Assembly (NCBI GenBank): GCA_002633005.1
Contig: NMRA01000286.1
Span: forward strand, 278,175-342,174
From: Phoronis australis
Taxonomy: Eukaryota; Animalia; Phoronida
Reading direction: 5' to 3'
Length of the DNA stretch: 64,000 bases
Position 1 is the first letter of the stretch. The number at the start of each line of letters is the position of its first letter. Below the pieces are notes generated by a model. The model had not been told where the DNA came from, did no database searches, and saw only the letters and a list, made by a program, of their open reading frames with translations. The position numbers were made by a program, and so were the translations under genes. This document shows positions 1 to 13,322 of this stretch, piece by piece.

Positions 1-59
1 CCTTGTACAGTAGGTGTAACAAAAGTGCAGTGAGAAATCACTCAAAAACTAAACAGTCA

Positions 60-740
60 CCAGTAAATCTCAAATAACTGGAAAACCCATGAGTCACAGA
101 GACAAGATAGTGAAGAACGATCAGTCAACAAAAGAACAGTCGCCAAGAAAAATTGACACAACTCAACAAGTCATTGCTATAAGTCATAATATAGAATGGC
201 TAACACTCCAGATAGTCGTTGATGGGATCGACTGCAACCAAATTAAAAAAATCTGCCATAGGAAGCCTGAGCTAAGGCTAGTAAATAGAAAAGTTTAAAA
301 AATTTAAAAAATGACCACCACAAAACCACCTTGCAAACCATATTAACCAAAATCAAGCTCTTGATGAAATACACAATTTTTTAAATTTTTTTGTTTAAAA
401 TCAAACAAAGATGCGGCCTACAATAGGAGTCAGTGAGTAAAAAGACACCAGAAAATTCAAAATAACTCAAAAATGGTTAAGCCTTATCAGAAAGGCATGA
501 CAAACTCCAGATAGCTATTGACAAGATCTAAACATATATCAAGTTTCAAAAGAATCCCTCAAAGGACCTTGGAGTTAGAGCTACGTCACAGCGCCATCTT
601 GAGTCCAATTCTACCCAAAAACAACAGGCCTCTAGCTTTTAACAAGATGAGTGTAGGTTTCATGTCAATCACAGGAGAAATGACAATTGCAGCATAACAG
701 AGCAACATACTTGGCATCGTTTTCGCCAAATTATAATAAT
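60..740 (-). mobile_element. Probable decayed HINE-like repeat in the PDE3 intron
   Basis: Recurring AAAATAACT / ACTCCAGATAG blocks (~70 and ~460, ~205 and ~505) and a hairpin-like end CTTGGCATCGTTTTCGCCAAA next to an AT-rich run. Confidence 0.35.
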
Positions 741-2401
741 CACTAAGGTTCAAGTACCAAATTTCCGAATAATGCGATAAATGCAGCTCATCACATGTGA
801 AGTCAGGTAAGAGTTCAACTCAAGTGTTGCAGTAACAACAACTAAGGCCAAAACACGAGAAAATGAGTTTCAAACAGTCCAAGACAGCCATCAGAAGCAG
901 GTGACACGTGAGCTCTGCACGACAAATAGGTAAAAAGAGCCACAACTCGAAATGGACGTAATCCAGACCGAGCTCCTAATAAAATTTTCAACTTTAAGTT
1001 AGGCATTTTAGCAGATGCAATGAAGTGCGCTTCCGTATTCATCCACACAAAAACACTCCCAATGCACTTAAAACTGAGAAACTTAAAACTCATTGGCTGG
1101 GCATTAAGTGTAACAAAGGATTTTTGTAGTGACAGGGAGGGGCACTTTCAAGTAGAATTTCATTTTGATGACAGATTTGAAAACAAGAAGCATTGAACAA
1201 CAACGTTCAAATGGTGTCACCTAATCTCAATTGAAGAAAATGAACACACCTATATTCACATCATACAGCATTTTGCATTTGCTGTAACTGTTAAGTTAGA
1301 GACTCACTATTCGAGTTCAAGCATTATCACACAAAAAGTATTGGTCACGAACACTGAAAAGTGCAATAGTGCATATTTATCTTCTACATCTCATGAAGTT
1401 AAAAAATACGATAATGAATCAAGGCCATATGAATAAAAGATGATGTTAAACATGCAGAAATTTATCTGTTCAAATAAACCAATCAGCTGGGTATGCTGTG
1501 TTTCACACACCTCGACGATACAATTCTAGGAAGCAGTGCTGGTTCCTTGTTCTTTACATTTGCACAGTGGCGGGATTATACTGACAGGTGTGGGCAGATA
1601 AAAATACACGCACTTTGAAAACTGCAAACAGTAACGGCAATAAAACACTCAGGATATCACGGAATATACAATGTGTGGAGGTGGGTACTGTTGGAGATAA
1701 AAGAAATACAAAAAATGCGATACAGCCTCTTTGATCTGGGATACATATGAACCAAATAAAAGGTGAAACTTTGCACATTTTTTTAAGCCCATTTTGTTAC
1801 TGACCAAATGTTTTAGTTTCTAAGAATAAATATTCGAACAAGACATCTCGAGTAATTATTAAGCTTCCAAAAATAACTGATTTTTAACTGCAAACAGAAG
1901 AAAAGAAAGTAAATTAAAGAAAATTTTACTAGACGAATTTTAAAGTTAATATTTTCAAAATACTTTTTCATTGCGAGCTTGATGATGCAAAAGTCGACAA
2001 GAATAAAATCTACACAGTGGTTATTTGTAGTTGTCAAAAGTTTCATAGCAGAGCACACACACACACGCACACACAATAGTGAATGAATAACGCGAAACAT
2101 CAGTACAACAATTATTACTTTATAATGCAGAGTTAACACTGATTACAACACTATTTCTACAACATTACTGGTAGAAGGTCTACTGGGGTGTACATTTAGA
2201 CACATGCATCCTTCAATATCAATTATTCTCTTACACTCCTGCTTTAATACTTCCTGATAAATTAGCAAAAACCACAAACTTGTTAATTACATTTCTTAGC
2301 AATATCCAGACTAACTACAAAACACAACTCAAGAGATTACAAGAATAACAAAAGACAGAATGAATAAATCATCAAGACTGGGGTGATAAGAAATGTCTTA
2401 C

Positions 2402-3214
2402 CTGGCTTTTTTGGCTCAAAGCAGGTAACGAGGTTCTCCGACCAGACCTGTGACTGTGCGCTGCAAATCCATGAGCACTTGAGGAGCTGGACCGTCTCCG
2501 CTTAATTACAGGGATTTTCCCATCGTGCATGATCAGAGAGTTAACACGAGGCCGGACTAAAGTCTCTGTGTATTTGGCAATAATTACGCCAATCAATCCC
2601 GCCGAATAGTTCACATAGGGTCTAAGGCATTGAGGCAAATCGACTAGCGATGTGCAACTGATGAGACGCGTTAAGCTCATTGAACAAATTACAATGCAAC
2701 TATGACAAGTCTGCAGCGAAGAAAAAACACTGGCAAGGCAGATACAACTTAATACCCAGATGACTAGAAAAGGATGCGTTATGTCATGGCTTGCACTGGC
2801 AAAACACTGTCCAAAAAATTCACCTGCGTAACAAGAGCAAAAGAAAATGTAAATACTTGTGGCATGCCACGTTTTTCGCAGGTATAAAGCAATCCAGTAA
2901 AATACCGACAATACACAGAGGGTGGGAATTATCAATCCGCACAGCCTTCGAAACAATTCTCCAACATCGAAATACCCCACGATTCCCAAAAGAAAAACAC
3001 TGGCGCCAACCAGCGCAGCTAAAATTGTTCGCTGTTGGGAGCTGGACATTGACGAAATCATGACTCGCAACCAGCTTAAAACTATGTTCTGATTATCCTG
3101 CTCCAACGGCTTGGCAAAGCCAGGTACATAACCATTGTTTTCAATCTCCCCTTCGTCTTTATCACAGTCATTTTTCGACCCCCTTCGGACGGCCGTCGAT
3201 CTCAGCTGAGCCAT
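2402..3214 (-). CDS. PDE3: cGMP-inhibited 3',5'-cyclic phosphodiesterase 3 (PDE3A/B-like), first coding exon; gene continues beyond the left edge
   Basis: ATG at 3214 runs 271 codons to a phase-0 donor CAG|GTAAG at 2402/2401. It encodes several hydrophobic segments, then GLIGVIIAKYTE and KRRRSSSSS...RRTSLP, matching the PDE3 N-terminal membrane region and its RRRSSS and RRTSLP phosphorylation motifs recalled from human PDE3A. An acceptor (TTTTGTTACAG) at 3341 suggests the exon starts at 3340 and an upstream exon exists. Confidence 0.88.
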
Positions 3215-4189
3215 CTTGATTCCTCGATTTGTCTTCTGTATTTAAAAGGTGCATTGTGGGTATAAATATGCGAGCGATTTTACCGAACTCTGGCGATCGT
3301 ACAACAAACTACTTTTTCTGTTACTTCTCTGCGTCAGGTTCTGTAACAAAAAGTAAACAATGAAATAAATACCCACGTTAATGCCTATAGTTCGAAAGTA
3401 GCCACCTGAGCACTAGAAGCAGGTGTTGAAAAATAGTAGTTTATGTTAACGATAACCATATTCTATTGATGTATCAGTTTCGTCTATTTACACAGTAATA
3501 ACGGTCTATGTTTTATGCACTCCACTAATATAAATCAAGTTTATTACTGAGATGAATTTAGCGTTTATTACAGCGTGCATTAAAATGTCATTGTAAATGA
3601 TAGTAATAGAAAGTGATCAGATTTTACATGCGATGGTCTTTTAAATTAAAATTCCTTCAAGACTGTACGCCTTAAATGGGTTTTTAAAAATTAAAAGCAT
3701 GATAAATCATTATCACTGAGAAGATTTTCCACCCCCAAAGCGTGTTAAAATTCCAGGCCTGACATGTTTACTTTGCTTATTGAGTCCGTTGTTTGTGGTG
3801 ATCCAGGGATATATGAAGTGAACACGTGATTAGTAGACAGCAAGTCAAATCTTTCCCGCCAATTAAATTTGTAGTGGTTTCTGTTAATAGTTCACCTATG
3901 TTTTAAAAGTTAAAGACACAGCTCTTGCTAAAGAAAGGATCGTGAAGGTGATTTTCTAAAAAAATCTATAATGTAAGGGCTAAAATTAGGCCACGATCAA
4001 GACTCCGGTGCCAACTCATTTAATAGATCATGTTCAAACGTTATGGCAGAAATCCCAGTCATTCGCTAATGCTCGGTTTATGAACACCCCTCCATCATTT
4101 GGTATTCATGTCATACAGGCAGATCATTACGTCAAAATGTCTTGGAGTCATTCGTATATACTTGTACATGTGTGATTGTGTTAAGTTAA

Positions 4190-4535
4190 AGCCGTGCTTT
4201 GCCTTGCTTAGCTAGCTAAAGTGAACATCGACTAGCCATTTTATTCTCATAAAATTGTTTCCTTGCTGTGCTATGATTCTGATTCCGTCATTTCCAACTC
4301 AAAGTCACAGGAAGTCCCGCCATGTGCAATTTTCTAATTCGCAGTTTTAGGGATGACCAACCCCAACAAACTCTGGAACGTTTCCTTGAGTCGCTGATGG
4401 TTTTGATGTTTTTACTGGTAACGGAAATGAAAATTATGACAGCAGGGAAATAACGCGAGACCAATTATTATATGAGAGTAAAAGACCTAAATTCGATTCT
4501 CATTTTTAGCCAGAAAAACAGAGCGAAATGTAGCT
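4190..4535. mobile_element. TTAA-flanked MITE, copy 1
   Basis: TTAA|AGCCGTGCTTTGC...GCGAAATGTAGCT|TTAA; colinear similarity to 41068-41388 (AATTCGCAGTTTTAGG, GAGTC.CTGATGGTTTTGATGT). Confidence 0.65.
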
Positions 4536-5852
4536 TTAAACAAGTAAAAAATCTCAAGTGAATCACAGTTGTCGTTAAGGGTCAGTTAAGAATGGCAACG
4601 TTGAGTTAGCGAACTCTTGGGTGCATAATAACCCGCTTGTTCACAGAGACTCTAATATGAGACACGGAGACGGCTACCGACATGGCAATGGCTGGCAATT
4701 GTTATTTGTTTTCTGATAAACATTCATTTTTATGAATGAAGCAGATAAGAATTTCGTGGGTGGGTCCATTATTCATTTGTCAGTTTGATGAAGGAGATAT
4801 GTCATAAGTTTATAAATTATGCGATGACTCCTTTCAGCTGCAAAATATCCTCAGTGAAGAACTTATTCATTGTCTCAGTCTCACGGGGTATAGTGACTAT
4901 TTGGTACGGCCGTGCGCATATGCAAATAAATGTTTTGGGGTAGGCCTACTCAATTCCAACTTCTTATCGCAAATTGAGTGATTATTTTTTGAAAGAAGAT
5001 AATTTTGTGAACATGGACAAGTCGTCTCGTATAACTCCTTCTGCTTTTAGTTAAGACTTTATCTCGGTAATGATTCCGTGACAAATTTGTCAAAGAGCTT
5101 GAGTCACAGAGAATCTACGATAATCATATGGCGGGGGGGTGATTGCAAGATTATACAATGACGGAAGTTTGCAGTAAATTATGGTGCCCAGGATTTGTAG
5201 GTAGCACGAAAGTAACTGCCATGAAAGTCATACATTCGTATTGTTAGTAAGTAACATCACATTTTTGTTTCAAAAACTAAAAGCGGGAATCCTTTGCAGA
5301 GAGTTAAATGAGAAAGGGGTCCTTCATAATGAATCTTGCAGTGAAAAAGCACTCATATGCAAGACACTTTTTTATTCACTTTAGTACAAAATTTCCTGGG
5401 TCCAACGCGATACCCTGTGTGGTAAGTGTTGCAAAATATGGTAACAGAGGTTGTCGTCAACTTTCCATTGGAGTTATGCCAGAAGCGAGGCAATTAAACG
5501 AAGGACAATTAACTCAGAAGAGGGCTTCAGAGAGTCTTGAACTCTCTGCATGCTTGTTCATCTTTGCGTTGATGTAATGCAAGATTCACAGGTGGCCCCC
5601 AAGCCTTTATTCACCGTCAGATCCCCATGTCAAAATCCTACTTTTCATACTTCTACATTAATGAGGAGCAAAACAAATCGATAGAAGTCGTACGTTTGGA
5701 AGCAGTATATGTGATTGAATGCTTTATAAATCACAGTTCATTTCATTCTATACAGTGTTAATCTTTTTTAACGATTTCGTGTGGGTAGTCCTGTGGTAGG
5801 CTATAGTATATCATCACATCACCTAGTGGTCCTGCGTAATGTGACCAGAGGG

Positions 5853-5860
5853 TGACGTCA
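5853..5860. promoter_or_regulatory. Perfect CRE palindrome TGACGTCA upstream of PDE3
   Basis: Exact motif 2.6 kb upstream of the PDE3 ATG; function unproven. Confidence 0.25.
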
Positions 5861-7754
5861 TCACAGGGGAATTAATACTTGAAGATCGAATTAAAAAGGT
5901 TCGATGAGAACACCAGCTGAATGTCCGAATCAATGACAAAGCCATCATCTTTTAGTAGAAACCATGGAAATGCAAATGCTATTGCAGGCGGGGTCGAGGA
6001 CAGGGGGTACTCGAGAAAAGAAAGACAGCACGAAACAGATAGAAAAGAAATATTTGCCTACTACCAGTGTCGTCGCCTTTACTGTTGGGGGACCTGGCCA
6101 TTTCTGTTAGGGCTAGAAACTGTTTACTGAAATATAGATAGTATAATGCTCTTGAGAAGACGTTCTTGGTGATAGACTTCATAATTTGAAAAGTCAGAGA
6201 AAAAAGATTTTCCAATGCAAATTGACTCAGATTTATTCAACAACACTGAAGTTCTTCACGGAGACCTTTCTAGAAAGGGGTAATGAAATCATCTGTCGAC
6301 CCTTTTCTCGTTTTTTTTTTAATGCATATCACTTGTCATAAATTAGGAACTTGACGGAGAGGACTGGGCCACTGAATATGAAAGAAACTCAGTTATTTCA
6401 AAGACAGGAAACAAGCTGTAGTTGGTGCTCCCATCATGGCTCCTCTTTTCCTGTTTTTATATATCTTCATATATCGTCTTAACTTAAGGGACCGCTCACG
6501 GAGGAGGGTCACAGTGATGAAATCAATTGCCCCTCTGTTTTCCTGTTTTTTGGAAATCGTACAACCGCCACCTCTTGGAGGGTCACCCGACGATGAAATT
6601 AATAGTCACTGTTTACCAGGGTTTGATGATATAGTCTTTCGTCCTCTTTTAGATGGACGGCCCGGGGTCATCACCCCCTTCCTTTAAATTCGACATTGTT
6701 AACTGTTATGTAGGTGGAGACAATATTTCAAATTGGTTGAAAACCTTCAACGAATGTTCGCTGCGAAATACCGCACCATCAATGCATGTGGCCAAAACAA
6801 CAAAAGATGTGAAGTTGCAGTGATGAAAAACTAAAGCGTTGACCGCTTTCGAAAAGATAAATATTTGACGTACTTTTAACTCTACTATTTTTGAATTTCT
6901 AAAAGCCACCATGCTTGATGGGGTTATAAAAATACTCATACTTTTTCTCAAAGAATTCCACGAATAGTATTTCTTTTGAAAATCATTATTAGAAAAGGTT
7001 GATTAATGAAGAAGTTATTCCACTAAAACTCGGACATGTCGATCAGACTATCGGATGTACATCAATCGACAAATATAAACACAAATTTCTGTGACTTATG
7101 GAGGGGCTCTAATTCTTCGGTATGCGGACCTTTTACTAAAAAAAAAACAAAAAAACGGGGCCACTAGGTTCAGGCCTGCCAATCCGATCAGCGCGCCGAA
7201 TTCCTGTAGAGTTTGTGGACGTTTGTATCGTTTACCCGGAATTTTTGTTTCACTGAGGCTGACCGTTTTGCCCAATTCGCCAAATTGGAGGGCTCGTTCG
7301 AGCCCCTCCCCGAGCCTTCCCCCCTCTGGGTGCGTCCATGCATGACCCTGATAAAGTGAACTTCCCCAAACTGGGCCCTAATGAAGTGAATTTGGACGGT
7401 AGACCTCATTTTGTTATCCGAAATAAACGAAATTATAGGTGAAATTTCCGAGACGACGTTCCGTCTCTACTAAGCTACTTACATCTCGAAATGATATTAT
7501 TTCTCCAGAGTTAATCAGCACCACTAGTTTCTTGCGTTGTTTTCATATCCCTAAAGAGCGATTTTGTCAGTGTATCTCTTTGGAACCCTAATAATTTAGT
7601 TTCATAAAAATACTCCCAAAGGTCGAAATTATACCATAAACTTAATGTACGTAATGCTTTCAAATATAAAAAATGGCCCCTTTCGTGAAATTTTGTTCAA
7701 ACCTCTGGGTACCCAATTTTGTGATGGCGGATTCCCTGAGGTTTGTTCCCCAAA

Positions 7755-8035
7755 CTATCGGTGGCCAAATGGGTGAACTTTACGGACGCAAATTGCGTGC
7801 GTAAATTAATTCTTGTTAGAGTCGTAAATGAACTTTTAAATGCGTAAACAAATTATTTGCGGCGTAAAGTAACTTTTAACGGCGCAAAGTAATTATTTGC
7901 GGCATAAATTAAAGTTAGTTTACGTGCTTAATTTATGCCATTAAAAGTTAATAATTAATTTACGCCTCTAACAAGAATTAATTTAAGTAATCCATGTAAT
8001 TTACGTGCGTAACGTTCACTCATTTTGCCAACGAT
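7755..8035. mobile_element. Fold-back MITE
   Basis: TATCGGTGGCCAAATGGGTGAAC..AAATTAATTCTTGTTAGAG.CGTAAAT is inverted at 7958-8035; internal short repeats of CGTAAA/TTATTTGCGGC. Confidence 0.6.
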
Positions 8036-8471
8036 AACAAACAGCAAAATTCGCGGCCAAAGGGAGGGGTGCGAAAACGGTGACAACCTGGGGTGGCAGA
8101 ATTGATGACGATGGGGGAGAATGGAAAAATTCTGGCCCATGGTGGAGGAGCATAAATTTGGGCGAAGTCAAACTAGTTTGTGTCCCACAATCACGCTTAC
8201 CTTCCTAAGGGCCAGTATTCCTATTGCTTTCTCGGCATACTTGTACAGTAGGACTGCTGTTAGGCTAACATTAGTTTCAGCACCTTACAATAAGTAGTGC
8301 ACGGGCCTGTCAACGTCATCCTCGTCGTGGTCATTCTTGTCATCATTGTTATTGTCGTCGTCATCATCATGATCAAAATGTATATAATATGTGTAAAAAT
8401 AATATATGTAAGTTCAATGTGCTTTTTATATTTTTTATCCATTTTTTTTCTCCAAATCTGTACGCTACCAG

Positions 8472-8805
8472 CTTAAGTGGCTATAAACCGCGTCAAAGAC
8501 ATTAACTTTTGATACCGCTATAAAATTGGTGTCAACTTTTTCCCTACTCAGACGAGAAGTAGCTCTTGGTCTTGCGCAGTACCGACAGTTCACTGATGCT
8601 CGCGACCACGTTTGGCAAATAAAACGACACACTATGACAAGCCAACTTGTAGAGCGGCTGAGCTTGGTCTCAATCAAACGGCAATAAACTTCAGTTCTTT
8701 TCAGATACAGAAATCCCATGTGTGTTGATCAAGGAAAACTTTGAGATCCATTTCATAAAGATAATTTGTTTTAATAGACGGAAAGTGGGTTTATAGCCGT
8801 CTTAG
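8472..8805. mobile_element. MITE with short terminal inverted repeats; a diverged second copy lies at ~9135-9397
   Basis: CTTAAGTGGCTATAAACC...GGTTTATAGCCGTCTTAG; internal blocks (TACTCAG..GAGAAGT, TTGGTCTTGC, ACCGACAGTT, ATTTCATAA) recur about 600 nt downstream. Confidence 0.55.
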
Positions 8806-11123
8806 GAACATCATAGACACAAGTAGCCTACGTGTACACATTCACAGACCATATTGCAGATGCGCTTGACAATGTAAGTGAATATACGACTTGCCGAGCA
8901 TTTCTGAAGTAATCCCCACTAACATAAAACCCAGGGACTTTTCGAAAAAAATTACCAAAACATCCCCCATGGACTGCATTTTTGGCACGGGACGATGGTA
9001 TGGAAAATGTGGTCAGATTTCAACTTGTCCTCAATTATGGTCCCTAAAGAACCTCAAACGCGCAAAAAACGCGCTCCGTTGAAGAAATTAATTTTTGCAT
9101 TAGACCTCCTGCTGTTGTAACATTCATCTCGATATATTCCTTACTCAGGTGAGAAGTGATTTTTGGTCTTGCAAAGAACCGACAGTTTATTATTGCTCGG
9201 CGATTAAAATGACACGACATGACAAGACACTTGCAGAGTCAAAGCCAATCTCAAGCAATAACGAGCCACTTTTCAACCTCAGAAACATTACATATCTTGA
9301 ATAAGGAAAAAATTGAGACCAATTTCATAACAGCATTGGTCTAGACAAAAAGTTGGGGTTTTTTTGTCACGAAAGGCGTGTTTATAACCGTTGTTAAAAG
9401 TTTCAACTTGTATTGTTGACTCGTCGTTGGAGGCGCCACTCAGGTTTACTCTTACTGACGTATAGTCCCAAGAAAATCACGAAAATACAAGACCATGCAA
9501 GTCCTCGCCAGAGATCACTATGAATAAAAAGCGAAACACGTGATCATACCAGCTCCTCTTGAGATTGTCTTGGGGTAGGTCTGTACAATCTGTCGCAATT
9601 TGAGGGTCACGTCATTGTGCAATTACACAAAATACAAACTGTCGCAACGAAAAATTACGACACAGTCCTTGCGAAGTTCTGCACAAGGTGTCGCAATTTT
9701 ATGACCGCCATAGTTAGTGCTGCTGGTCTAATAAATTGAGCCTCCTTTTTGTTTTGTTTTGGTGGGGGTGCGCAAGTGACTCTTGAATGAAACGTACGCC
9801 CAACGCAAAAAAGTTTAGATTTCTTCTGAAAAGATTTGAGAAGGTATACAAACTGTAACGAAAAGAAACACAAGACCAATCAATTTAGGTTCGTGGTGTA
9901 GCTTCACAGAGCGTCTTCTGTCACATTATATCAATCAAAAATCATTTATTTTTGGCTGACGTTAGTGAAGTCCCTTGGACACATAGCTCATCGCATTATA
10001 TGAGTGATATCTTCTAACTACGGAGTGCATTCTCTGACTGTATGGATTACTGTATTGTGAATTGAATAACAATTACACGATGATATGAATAATAATGCCT
10101 TTCAGTCACGTTATCGTTAGTGCATCGGCCCTGCAAAGTCGGTATTCGTACAGCAGTCGAACAGCAGCAAGACACTTTATTGATCTCGGCAAACTGTAAT
10201 TAGTTTCATGAAAATCGGTTCTGAAGATCACATTCTGTATATTGTTTGGACTGGTCAGTGCAATCCCTTCAAAGACTGTGATCGCCAAATTCGAGATCGA
10301 CAAAATAAATCACCCTCTGCAAGTTCGCCCCAAACTGTTGACTAGCCACTGAAGAAATTAATGAACGTGTAGCTCTAACGCTTCCGACACTGGTGATAAC
10401 AGTGGAGTGACTATAATCCTGTCGTCCATCACAAAATTCAGCTTTTGATTTAAACCACTTACCTTTGTGAAATTGGTCTCAAATGATCCGTTTGTCAAAT
10501 TAGAAGTGAATTCAAGGCTCCAGACTGACAGTTGGTCATGATTGCTTGAAACCAGGCTTCACTAGTTGGCTTGTCATTTAAGGAGCCGAACGTGGTCTCA
10601 GAGAACAATGAGCTCAGTGTCCGTTCTTTGCAAATGAAGAAATCATTTATCATCTGAATCAGCCACGACGGTAGGTGGTCTAAAGCAAAAGTTCGCTTCA
10701 AATAACGGTACTGTCATCAAGCCAATTGTATTTCACAAAAACAAACACTTAGTGTGTGTTTTTTGAGAGCGCAATTTTATGTTTTGATGGAGCAGTGACT
10801 TTCTGCCGCTACAAAAGCATTTGCATCTGCCTATGGTCATTCATATTTTTGTTTTATATTATAGTGGGCGTAATTAGTGCGCTGAGCTTACTCTGCCTTA
10901 CGGAGGGCACGGGCCTACGTGGCAATCCACTGAAGGACACAAAGGGTACGCGAGGTAGACACTAAAAATCAAGCAATGGCGCAGGGCACACGGAATCACT
11001 TATAACGGCTCCAATAAAAGAATTTTACGAAACGTGCTTCACCATTTCCCCACTAAAGGGAGCATCTATCTATACGACAAGGTGCCTTCAAAGGGTTCAC
11101 CCAATTCGGAACTCTATATTTAA

Positions 11124-12465
11124 AGGCAAAAGCAACCTTTTTCATGTCACTTTTAGCGAAAATAAGGTTCGTTGATTATCCCAGACACATGTTTCAATTA
11201 TTTACAGCGTTTCGTAATTTGATTAATTTCTCGTCCTCTACTCCGGAAGTGACGTTTTGGGAGGCAAGATTTTCGCGCCAATTTCTTTTCATTATAGTCT
11301 GACTGTGATAGCTGTCGAGTCAGTGATTGTTCTACCTCGGTTGTGATAAGTTCGGTCGTCGTTTGCTTTTGTTTACAAGTCAGTCAACATGCCACGCTGT
11401 TGCTGCGTGCCGGGATGTACTCATTATCGTCTCACACGCGCTTTGGGTACCTTGCGTCGCTTTCCGAAGGACGACACACTTCGCCGTGCTTGACTAGCTC
11501 GTTCACGAGAAGAACCCAGCACTACCCGTCCACGCAACGTACAGAACAGTGGAGGGTTACCGAGTGTGTGGCAAGCATTTTCTGCAGTCAGATTATGACA
11601 GGGATATGTACGCTGAATTAATGAAGGTCCCTAGCTGCGAAACAACGCCTGAAGAAGAGTACCATACCGTCGCTGTTGATTCCCGGCCGTGCCCCATCGC
11701 CAAACCCGAGAAGTGCGTTTTTGAAGCGAGAAGCCTCGCGAGCTGTGGCCACTATATACAGTGACTGAAGGCACTTCATCTACTGTCACCCGTGCCTCCA
11801 AACGTACCCCCATTGCGTGCAATTCCGGGAAATAGCAGTGATTCGCCCTGTGTTGTTGTCTCTAGCCCCGGCAGAGCCTGTAAGCAGCCCTGCAGCGATG
11901 TTGAGTAGTTGGAGTGAATACAGGCCCAGTTCGACACCCAGTGAAGAGGACAGTTCGTCATCCAATGAACAGATCGGTGAGCCTATGTTTGACAAGTTTA
12001 TTGTGGACTTGTATTGGAGCTATTTGGAAGGTGCCAGGTGTGTGACGAGGGAGTCACACGGCGGGATGTAAGCAGTTTGGGTGCTCAGATCACCCTCCCG
12101 TGGGAGTGTGTCGCGGGAAACTCGGGCAAGTGGGACAGTTCTTCCTCTGTACGTGAGACGATAATGAGTACACCCCAGTACGCAGCAACAGCGTGGCATG
12201 TTGACTGCCTCGTAATCAAAAGCAAACGACGACCGAACTTATAACAACCGAGGTAAAAACAATGACTGACTCGACTGCTCTCACAGTCAGACTATATGAA
12301 AAGAAATTGGGGCGAAATTCTTGCCTCCCAAAACCTCACTTCCGGAGTAGACGACGAGTAATTAATTAAATTAAGAAAAGCAGTAAATAAGTGAAAAATA
12401 TGTCTGGGATAATCAAGGAACCTTATTTTTGCTAAAAATGACATGAAAAAAGGTTGTCTTCGCCT
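11124..12465 (+). mobile_element. Non-autonomous Kolobok-like DNA transposon with about 310-bp terminal inverted repeats and a decayed THAP/transposase 5' fragment
   Basis: TTAA on both sides (11120-11123, 12466-12469); termini AGGC...GCCT; 11124-~11434 is inverted at ~12153-12465. Internal fragments: MPRCCCVPGC..RFPKD..R(W>stop at 11491)..RVCGKHF..KSTIPS (THAP) and KFIVD..ELFGRCQVC..G..WECVAG.SGKWDSS. Confidence 0.8.
11389..12150 (+). pseudogene. Disrupted THAP zinc-finger / transposase N-terminal coding remnant
   Basis: ATG at 11389; C-x-x-x-x-C, FP, Trp replaced by in-frame TGA at 11491; CGKHF follows after a frameshift; a downstream CxxC segment lies in another frame. Confidence 0.72.
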
Positions 12466-13322
12466 TTAAATGATATACCTAGATGTTGCGGATCTACGCT
12501 TTTTGAGGTCCTGAAGGTATAGCTACATATCAGTTCACCCTCGGTCGTTAAGTTATTCATATTTAATCTTACTTAGAAGTTGGCTATTTTTGACTGGTCA
12601 AAGCAAATCCCAAATGTTGATTGGATACAGGCGTAATCAAGCGAATATCACAAGGCTTAGGCACACGCGCCTATTTGAGAAACTCTTGTGTAGGCGCATG
12701 GGCAAACGTTCGCGAATTTACGAGTTGATAAAAGCTATTTGTGTCTACTCGGAAAATGCTCGTCTTCACGTTAATTCCAGACCGGCATAGGCCCTTAGTA
12801 AAGTAAACGATATGGGAGGGGGGAGGGGGCGGGGGTGTACAAACAATTTGACTTGACCAAACGTTTGCCCCTGTGGTCCCAAATTTCAAATTCCTCCCTA
12901 TGGTCTCCTGTCACAAGTCACTCTAAGGCGTACAGAGGTGCAGACTCTGCTGTTTGGAGGCAAACCCCCGGAAGGCAGCCACTAGAAATTTGGGTGCCCA
13001 AATTTTTAACGAAATTTCAGGAGAAAAGGTCACTTTTGTATCTGAACACGTTATACGCGTTTGGGGTATAATTTTGACCTTAAGGGTGCCAAACTGATGT
13101 ACTACCAAAGTCGCACAAATGTAGTGAAATCCAGAGAAACTCGGGGAAAAATAGCTCCACCAGCTAGAAATTGAGTGGACGAAACATCGCCTGGGAAACT
13201 TCAATAATAGTTTAGTCTATTTCGTAGAGTAAAATGACACTCGTTGTTAAGATTCACTTTATTACTGTCCAGTTCGGGAACGTTCGGTTTATTAGGGTCA
13301 TGCTTTGAAAGGGTGGGGTCCA

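Noticed and set aside
11491-11493. In-frame TGA at the conserved THAP Trp as possible recoding or selenocysteine
   Set aside because: Frameshifts follow, so ordinary TGG-to-TGA decay explains it.
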